DNA of 64,000 nucleotides from a virus. Its lineage: Duplodnaviria; Caudoviricetes. Below, piece by piece: positions 57,131 through 64,000 of the stretch. The first letter of the stretch is position 1. Every line of letters begins with the position of its first letter. The translations under genes and the position numbers were made by a program. The notes below the pieces were generated by a model. That model was not told where the DNA came from, ran no database searches, and saw nothing but the letters and a program-made list of their open reading frames with translations. The DNA lies in the IMG/VR virus record IMGVR_UViG_3300028603_000002, positions 107,909 through 171,908 of that record, one strand, 5' to 3'.

Positions 57131-60100
57131 CAAGATTTTTCATTTAGCTGATTTACATATTAGGCTATTTAAGAGACATGACGAATACCGGGAAGTATTC
57201 AAAACAGTTCTACAACATATTTCGGAGAATAAAACAGATAATTCTGTTATAGTTTTAGCAGGGGATATAGTACATTCTAAAACAGAAATGACACCTGAAT
57301 TATTCTCAATAGTACAAGAGTTTTTCGTTCAATGTGCAGCAATATTACCAACTATAATAATAACAGGTAATCACGATGCAAATCTTAGAAATAGAAGTAG
57401 ACTTGATGCTATAAGTCCTATAATTGATGCACTCAATAATGATAATTTACATTACTGGAGAAATTCTGGAGTATATACATTAGGTGGAATTAACTGGCAT
57501 GTATTTTCGCTATTGGATGATCCTGAAAATTGGCCTGTTAATGTTAATGTGAACACATATAATATAGCATTATATCACGGACCATTAATAGGTTCTAAAA
57601 CAGATACAGGATTTACAATTGATACTGGAAATGTAGGAGTTGGAACATTTAAACATTTCGATCTTACATTATTAGGTGATATACATTTAAGACAATTCAT
57701 GAACGGTGAAAAAACCATCGCCTACCCAGGATCATTAATACAACAAAACTTTGGTGAAGTATTAGATAAAGGTTTCTTAGAATGGGATGTAAAGAATAAA
57801 AAATCAACATATATACCAATAGAAAATGAGTATGGATACTATACATTCCAAATAGTAAATAATGAACTACAATCAATAAACGAAACATTACCAAAAAAGA
57901 TACGAGGTAGAGTTGTACATATTAATAGTGACTTAGAGGAAGTAGCAAGAATTGTAGAAGAATTAAAATCAAAATATACATTTGTAGATCTTCATGTAAG
58001 CAAAACAAATAATTCATTAATCGACATTGATATAATAGATAAGAGGATATTAGGTGATATTAGAGATATTGCTTATCAAAATAACTTGTTGGAAACATAC
58101 TTGAAAGAAAATACTTTATTAAAAGATGATAGTATTTCCAAGTTAATTGATATTAATACAAATTCAAATGGGGAGGTATCAGAAGAGTTATTGGTAAGAA
58201 ATGTAATTTGGAAAATGAGAAGATTTAAGTTTTCAAATATGTTTTCTTATGGAGCAGATAATGAAATTGATTTTGAACCATTTAGTGGAATATATGGAAT
58301 CTTTGCGGCAAATGCCTCTGGGAAGAGCACATTGCTGGATAGTATTTGTTATTGTTTATTTGATAAATGCTCCAGAACTTATAAAGCTGGTGATGTATTA
58401 AATAATCAAGAAGAAGAATTTTATTGTGAATTAGAACTTGAATTATCTGGAGATATATATCTAATCGAACGACATGGGAAGAAACAGAAAAATGGTAGTG
58501 TAAAAGTAAATGTTAATTTTACTAAAAATGGATCTGAATCATTAAATGGTGAAAATAGAAACCAAACTAATGAAAACATTAGAAAGTATTTTGGTACATA
58601 TGATGATTTTGTGTTAACAGCATTCGCATCACAAAATGACGATCAAAGTTTCTTAAATAAAACACAAGCAGATAGAAAGGAATTGTTACATAAGTTTTTA
58701 GATCTATCATATTTTGAAAAGTTACATGATATAGCAAAGGAGCTGCACCGGGAAAAGAAAACTTTATTAAAACAACATGAGAATGAAAATTATATTGAAT
58801 CAATTGAAAATCTAGAAATAGAAGAAAAAACATTAAATGTTGAATTAACAGAAGTAGTAAATTCAATAAGTGAATCGAGAATAGCAACAGATAAAAAAAT
58901 AGCCGAATTGCAAGAGGTAGAAAAGCTAATCAAAGAAATTAAGATAATCAATATAAGAGAGGTAAAACAAAATATACAAGAATTTACAAATAATACAACT
59001 AAACTGGAAGAGGAGATAAAAGAATATGAAGAGAGAATACAAGCTGGGAAGTTATTACAAACTAATACGGAAGAAGAGATAGCTTCATATAAGTTTGAAA
59101 TATCTAAAGAGGATTGTAAGGAAGAATATGATGAAGCAAATTTACAACTTAGTACTTTATTGAATAAACTACGAACATATGAACATGAAATTGCTAGTTA
59201 TCAAAAACTAATAGAACAATTAGAAACTTATGAATATGACCCTAATTGTAAATACTGCGTGAACAATAAATTTGTAAAATCGGCATATGAAGCTAAAGAT
59301 AAACTCCCAGAAACAATAAAAAAATTAGAAGAAACAAAGGAACTGATTGAAAAATATAAAGTAAGTAGAGAAGAATGCGAGATTATTTTAAATCAATACA
59401 AGGAATATGAAGAGAAAGTAGCTCAGTTAGAAAAGATAAACAGTATATTTGAATTATTAGAATCTAAAATAGCTACCAATAAATCTAAGATAGAAAACAA
59501 TAATTTTTTACTGAAGGAAAGTAAGAAATTAGAAGAAGAATATTGGAAGACTGAAGCACAAAAATTAGAAAATGATAAAATAGAAAAACAAATAACTGAA
59601 ATAAAAAGTGAATGTGTTGAATTACGAAAAGAAACACAAAGGTTGGAGGAATTAGAAAAATCATTTATATCTAAAATATCAGTTATTGAAAATAAAATTA
59701 AGGAACTTAAAGAACAATATGACAAGTACTTAGAACTAAGTTCTGAAATTGAATTGTATGAAACTTATGCTAAAGCGGTATCGAGAGATGGCATACCGTA
59801 TTTTGTAATGACTAAAGTATTACCATTAATACAAACTGAAGTAAATTCAATATTAGATAATATTGTAGATTTTAAAATTATATTGGATACTGATGAAAGC
59901 AATAATGTATTTTGTTATATAACTTATGATGGTGAAGATAAATGGTTAGCAGAATTAGCATCAGGCATGGAACGCTTTGTTATCTCGACGTCCTTAAGAG
60001 TTGCGTTGATAAACATTACCTCGTTACCTAAAGCAGATTTTCTCGCGTTAGACGAGGGCTTTGGGGTGTTAGATGCGAATAATTTACAATCTATCTATTC

Positions 60101-60242
60101 ATTATTTGATACATTGAGAGAACAATTCCAATATGTATTATGTATCAGCCATATTGATTCAATGAAAGATGCCGCCGATAAACTAATAACAATTACTAAG
60201 GAAGATAATTACAGTAGTGTCTATGTTGATTCTGCAGCGTAG
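57123..60242 (+). CDS. fused SbcD/Mre11 nuclease and SbcC/Rad50 ATPase (gp47-gp46-like)
   Basis: ADLH, AGDIVH, TGNHD, LGDIH; Walker A ANASGKST; Zn-hook CKYC; ASGME; Walker B LALDEGFG.LD; ISH. Confidence 0.9.
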   Translation: MIDKIFHLADLHIRLFKRHDEYREVFKTVLQHISENKTDNSVIVLAGDIVHSKTEMTPELFSIVQEFFVQCAAILPTIIITGNHDANLRNRSRLDAISPIIDALNNDNLHYWRNSGVYTLGGINWHVFSLLDDPENWPVNVNVNTYNIALYHGPLIGSKTDTGFTIDTGNVGVGTFKHFDLTLLGDIHLRQFMNGEKTIAYPGSLIQQNFGEVLDKGFLEWDVKNKKSTYIPIENEYGYYTFQIVNNELQSINETLPKKIRGRVVHINSDLEEVARIVEELKSKYTFVDLHVSKTNNSLIDIDIIDKRILGDIRDIAYQNNLLETYLKENTLLKDDSISKLIDINTNSNGEVSEELLVRNVIWKMRRFKFSNMFSYGADNEIDFEPFSGIYGIFAANASGKSTLLDSICYCLFDKCSRTYKAGDVLNNQEEEFYCELELELSGDIYLIERHGKKQKNGSVKVNVNFTKNGSESLNGENRNQTNENIRKYFGTYDDFVLTAFASQNDDQSFLNKTQADRKELLHKFLDLSYFEKLHDIAKELHREKKTLLKQHENENYIESIENLEIEEKTLNVELTEVVNSISESRIATDKKIAELQEVEKLIKEIKIINIREVKQNIQEFTNNTTKLEEEIKEYEERIQAGKLLQTNTEEEIASYKFEISKEDCKEEYDEANLQLSTLLNKLRTYEHEIASYQKLIEQLETYEYDPNCKYCVNNKFVKSAYEAKDKLPETIKKLEETKELIEKYKVSREECEIILNQYKEYEEKVAQLEKINSIFELLESKIATNKSKIENNNFLLKESKKLEEEYWKTEAQKLENDKIEKQITEIKSECVELRKETQRLEELEKSFISKISVIENKIKELKEQYDKYLELSSEIELYETYAKAVSRDGIPYFVMTKVLPLIQTEVNSILDNIVDFKIILDTDESNNVFCYITYDGEDKWLAELASGMERFVISTSLRVALINITSLPKADFLALDEGFGVLDANNLQSIYSLFDTLREQFQYVLCISHIDSMKDAADKLITITKEDNYSSVYVDSAA

Positions 60243-60287
60243 ATAAACACATTAACCAACAATATTTATATAAAAAGGGAGGCCCAA

Positions 60288-63200
60288 GTGCTTCAAAATA
60301 ATGGTAGGCGTTTACATCTTGCAGAAAATTATTCACAAACAGCAATAATTGACACTGATCCTAATAGTGATTATTATTTCAGTATAGTTGAATTTCCAAA
60401 TACATTTTATGTAGGTAAAAATTCAATACGAATACAAGCTAATAATAAGACGCTTGCTGTTGGTTCCCCTCTATACATAGAGATTTTAGATAGCAATAAT
60501 AATCCTATTTATTACGAAGTTGTCAATTCCTTAAATAAGGATAAGACTCGAACTATTGTTGTTCATATCTATCCAAATATTCCTGAAGGAGCATTGTATT
60601 TGTATATTGCTGGACGAGCTACAATAAATAAATACGATGGTAGAAAATTACCATATTCAAAAACCAAAAGTTCGGAAAATTATTTTGGTATTCCAAATGT
60701 GTTGTGGAGTAGAAAGGCAACTGTTGCAACAACCAAACAAAACAATTCCGAAATAATATTTACAAAATCACCGAAGATTGATTTTGAAGAAGTATTAGAA
60801 CCGTACAGAAAATTTGTTGATACTAGAATAAGGAAGTTGGAAAGTAAAGCCGGAGCGCAATCCAAAATTTATTTGTCCTATAATAATACCACAAAACAAT
60901 TTACTAAGAAGGAATTAAATAAATTTGATAGGGAGTTTAATGATTCCTATAGCAAATTAATCATCAATCCTGAATTAACTAAAGCTGGAAGTGGATATAC
61001 TAAACCACATGAAATCCTTCCTGAAAAAGATTCCCTTCCTGTAATTTATACATCCAATTTTAAATTATCACCTTCTATGGAAGGAGGTGAAATAATAATT
61101 AGAAATATATCATTTGGAAATCAGTTACCAAATGATTCAGCAGCTGGTACTACATTCGCTCCAAATGATTTTAGTGCTAGTATTATTGAGGTTATTAGTG
61201 AGAACAGCGCCAGAATATCCCAACCATTCGTATATACAAAAGATTACACGACAACAGCTGGTGAAAAAAGAACTGTAAAATTAACGACTATATCAGATAA
61301 TAGTAATTTCACTGCTAGTTATTTTGAACATAAAAATTTCGGGTTAACAAAGGCAACTGAATCCTATGTCAGAATGGAATTTTCTGATATCGAGCCAATT
61401 GTTGGATCAGTAGATAAAATACATATTAAATATAAACCAATCGGATCCGCGGGTGAGTATTTTGATGTTGGAGAATTTAATATAAATGAACAGAATTTAT
61501 TCGTTGATAGAAGAATAACTGAGTTTAGCAATCATGACGGAATTCAATTTAAACAAATTGGATACCCGGAAAACAATACTGATATTTCAACATATTGGTC
61601 AGGAAGTTCTATTGGTAACAACTTAAACCCAGTATTACAGCAAAACAATGCACAATTAAGAAATTCAATTAAAGTTACATATGATAATAATAGTAGTATA
61701 ACTAATGGAGTTGTATTACAACCATTATCAATTGGAGTAACTTGCAAAGCAGACACAGAATATAAATTAAAATTTACTTATTATATAGATAAAGAAAATA
61801 TTGGTGCAGTAAAATTACCACAGCTTGATGTATATGTATCTGGTTCTCAAATATTTTCAAAAAATAATAGTAGTAAAAATACAGAATCTTCAATACAAAA
61901 ATTAGTATTGGGAAGTTATTTAGGAAGTATAAATTACGAATCTGGTAAATTCGGAACAAAAGAATTTTTCTTTAAGACGTTGGGTGGTGATAAAACAATT
62001 GTACCAAAATTTGTTATTCGTTCTGGGGTATGGAGCATTGGTCAAATAGAAATAATTCCAAGAAAGGAATTAGGATTTTCTCCAAATCATGTATTATTTA
62101 ATATCCCGGTAAATCAATTCCGTCGAAATACTGAATTAATAATTAATGTAGATTATCTAAATAATGAAAATAAAAAATCCAATTTTAGTAGTAAGATATA
62201 TGGAGCAAACTTTACTGGTAGCAATGTAGTAGTAGAAGGATACGACAATTTCTTCAGTGGAAGTTTTATAGGAAATTTTAAAGGTAGTTTTCAGGGTACA
62301 GTTTCATTTACTGGAAGCTTTGATGGCACAGGTTCATTTACTGGAAGTTTTGATGGGAATGGATCGAAATTAAAAGATTTGGAATGGACAAATATTAATA
62401 ATAAACCTATATTATTATCGGGATCTGGTCAGATAGCGAGTGATATATCAGGTTCATTCAGGGAGGTATCTAGTTCATTACAAGACAGGATAAGTGATAA
62501 TGAAACAATACTTAAGAAAACATTACTATCAGGATCTGAACAAATAGCGAGTGATATATCAGGTTCATTTACTGAAGTATCTAGTTCATTACAAGACAGA
62601 ATATCTGACAATGAAACAATACTTAAGAAATCATTATTATCAGGATCTGGTCAAATAGCAAGCGACATATCAGGTTCATTTACTCAGGTATCCAGTTCAT
62701 TACAAAATAGAATATCTGATAATGAAACAATTCTTAAAAAATCATTATTATCAGGGTCTAAACAAATAGCAAATGATATATCAGGTTCATTTACTGAGGT
62801 ATCTAGTTCATTACAAGGTAGAATATCTCAGGTATCTAGTTCATTACAAAATAGAATAAGTAATAATGAAACAATACTTAAGAAATCATTATTATCGGGA
62901 TCTAGACAGATAGCAAGTGATATATCAGGTTCATTTACTGAAGTATCTAGTTCATTACAAGGCAGAATAACTCAAGTATCTAGTTCATTACAAGACAGGA
63001 TAACTAATAATGAAACAATTCTTAAAAAATCATTATTATCAGGGTCTAAACAAATAGCAAATGATATATCAGGTTCATTTACTGAAGTATCTAGTTCATT
63101 ACAAAATAGAATAAGTAATAATGAAACAATACTTAAGAAATCATTATTATCGGGATCTAGACAGATAGCAAGTGATATATCAGGTTCATTTACTGAAGTA

Positions 63201-64000
63201 TCTAGTTCATTACAAGGCAGAATATCTGACAATGAAACAATACTTAAGAAATCATTACTATCAGGATCTGAACAAATAGCAAATGATATATCAGGTTCAT
63301 TTACTGAAGTATCTAGTTCATTACAAAATAGAATAACTCAAGTATCAAGTTCATTACAAGGCAGGATAACTAATAATGAAACAATACTTAAGAAATCATT
63401 ATTATCTGGATCTGGTCAAATAGCAAGTGATATATCAGGTTCATTTACTGAAGTATCCAGTTCACTACAAAATAGAATAACTCAGGTATCCAGTTCATTA
63501 CAAGGTAGAATATCTGATAATGAAACAATACTTAAGAAATCATTATTATCTGGATCTGGTCAGATAGCAAATGATATATCAGGTTCATTTACTGAGGTAT
63601 CTAGCTCATTACAGAATAGAATATCTGATAACGAAACAATTCTTAAGAAATCATTATTATCTGGATCTGGTCAGATAGCAAGTGATATATCAGGTTCATT
63701 CAGGGAGGTATCCAGCTCATTACAGGGTAGAATAACTAATAATGAAACAATACTTAAGAAATCATTATTATCTGGGTCTGGTCAAATAGCAAATGATATA
63801 TCAGGTTCATTTACTCAAGTATCTAGTTCATTACAAGGCAGGATAACTAACAATGAAACAATTCTTAAGAAAACATTATTATCAGGATCTGAACAAATAG
63901 CAAGCGATATATCGGGTTCATTTACTCAGGTATCCAGCTCATTACAAAATAGAATATCTGACAATGAAACAATTCTTAAGAAATCATTATTATCAGGATC
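60288..64000 (+). CDS. large virion structural / fibre-like protein, partial
   Basis: GTG 60288 after AGGGAGG; translates MLQNNGRR...FPNTFYVGKNSIRI...; the repeat region is in the same frame; no closed plus-strand ORF in the track here, consistent with it running off the window. Confidence 0.75.
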   Translation, partial: MLQNNGRRLHLAENYSQTAIIDTDPNSDYYFSIVEFPNTFYVGKNSIRIQANNKTLAVGSPLYIEILDSNNNPIYYEVVNSLNKDKTRTIVVHIYPNIPEGALYLYIAGRATINKYDGRKLPYSKTKSSENYFGIPNVLWSRKATVATTKQNNSEIIFTKSPKIDFEEVLEPYRKFVDTRIRKLESKAGAQSKIYLSYNNTTKQFTKKELNKFDREFNDSYSKLIINPELTKAGSGYTKPHEILPEKDSLPVIYTSNFKLSPSMEGGEIIIRNISFGNQLPNDSAAGTTFAPNDFSASIIEVISENSARISQPFVYTKDYTTTAGEKRTVKLTTISDNSNFTASYFEHKNFGLTKATESYVRMEFSDIEPIVGSVDKIHIKYKPIGSAGEYFDVGEFNINEQNLFVDRRITEFSNHDGIQFKQIGYPENNTDISTYWSGSSIGNNLNPVLQQNNAQLRNSIKVTYDNNSSITNGVVLQPLSIGVTCKADTEYKLKFTYYIDKENIGAVKLPQLDVYVSGSQIFSKNNSSKNTESSIQKLVLGSYLGSINYESGKFGTKEFFFKTLGGDKTIVPKFVIRSGVWSIGQIEIIPRKELGFSPNHVLFNIPVNQFRRNTELIINVDYLNNENKKSNFSSKIYGANFTGSNVVVEGYDNFFSGSFIGNFKGSFQGTVSFTGSFDGTGSFTGSFDGNGSKLKDLEWTNINNKPILLSGSGQIASDISGSFREVSSSLQDRISDNETILKKTLLSGSEQIASDISGSFTEVSSSLQDRISDNETILKKSLLSGSGQIASDISGSFTQVSSSLQNRISDNETILKKSLLSGSKQIANDISGSFTEVSSSLQGRISQVSSSLQNRISNNETILKKSLLSGSRQIASDISGSFTEVSSSLQGRITQVSSSLQDRITNNETILKKSLLSGSKQIANDISGSFTEVSSSLQNRISNNETILKKSLLSGSRQIASDISGSFTEVSSSLQGRISDNETILKKSLLSGSEQIANDISGSFTEVSSSLQNRITQVSSSLQGRITNNETILKKSLLSGSGQIASDISGSFTEVSSSLQNRITQVSSSLQGRISDNETILKKSLLSGSGQIANDISGSFTEVSSSLQNRISDNETILKKSLLSGSGQIASDISGSFREVSSSLQGRITNNETILKKSLLSGSGQIANDISGSFTQVSSSLQGRITNNETILKKTLLSGSEQIASDISGSFTQVSSSLQNRISDNETILKKSLLSG
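62412..64000 (+). repeat. 111/144-bp coding tandem repeat (~13.5 units)
   Basis: LSGSGQIASDISGSFTEVSSSLQNRISDNETILKKSL with an optional 11-aa TQVSSSLQGRI insert. Confidence 0.95.

Noticed and set aside
53341-63232. Antisense or alternative-frame ORFs within the LRR, SbcCD and fibre genes (for example 53341-53691, 55507-55800, 55826-56014, 62972-63232)
   Set aside because: They are shadow ORFs of longer, motif-supported genes or repeats.
1-64000. Alternative genetic code (stop-codon reassignment)
   Set aside because: Long conserved genes are intact in the standard code and end in TAA, TAG or TGA with tight operon packing.
1-64000. Integrase, transposase or IS element
   Set aside because: No ORF shows a tyrosine-recombinase R-H-R-Y set, serine-recombinase or DDE motifs.

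Overview
The window is a segment of a large, AT-rich (roughly 30% GC by eye) tailed dsDNA phage genome, most likely a myovirus-type jumbo phage of a Bacteroidota host. The host call rests on about 15 promoters of the form TTTG-N19/20-TATCTTTA. Bases 1-5.8 kb hold small early genes transcribed divergently around a mirror-symmetric, mostly non-coding region, followed by a G-run tract and tandem repeats. Bases 6-17.3 kb are a minus-strand accessory island. Its core (about 8.9-16.7 kb) looks like an integron-like gene-cassette array. About 25 small phage-type genes are separated by 17 copies of GTTAAGTTTATACGGGTG^TT and by attC-like hairpins (YAAC...CCGTTAG). Several cassette starts are the reverse complement of their own ends, and several genes are encoded inside or through the hairpin arms. 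No integrase lies in the window. Bases 17-34 kb carry accessory, metabolic and lysis genes: methyltransferases, ArsR, MazG, SWIM, UDP-glucuronate decarboxylase, nucleotidase, amidase and an HD protein. Bases 35-64 kb are a late module with a gp55-like sigma factor, baseplate proteins (gp5-, gp6-, gp7- and gp25-like), S/T-G-S-rich structural proteins, primase, a fused SbcD-SbcC and a repeat-rich fibre-like ORF running off the end. Two near-identical LRR genes with hypervariable 63-bp repeats sit between structural genes, and two 87-91-bp collapsed remnants of the same gene family occupy two other intergenic slots. All function calls come from motif recognition by eye, with no database searches.
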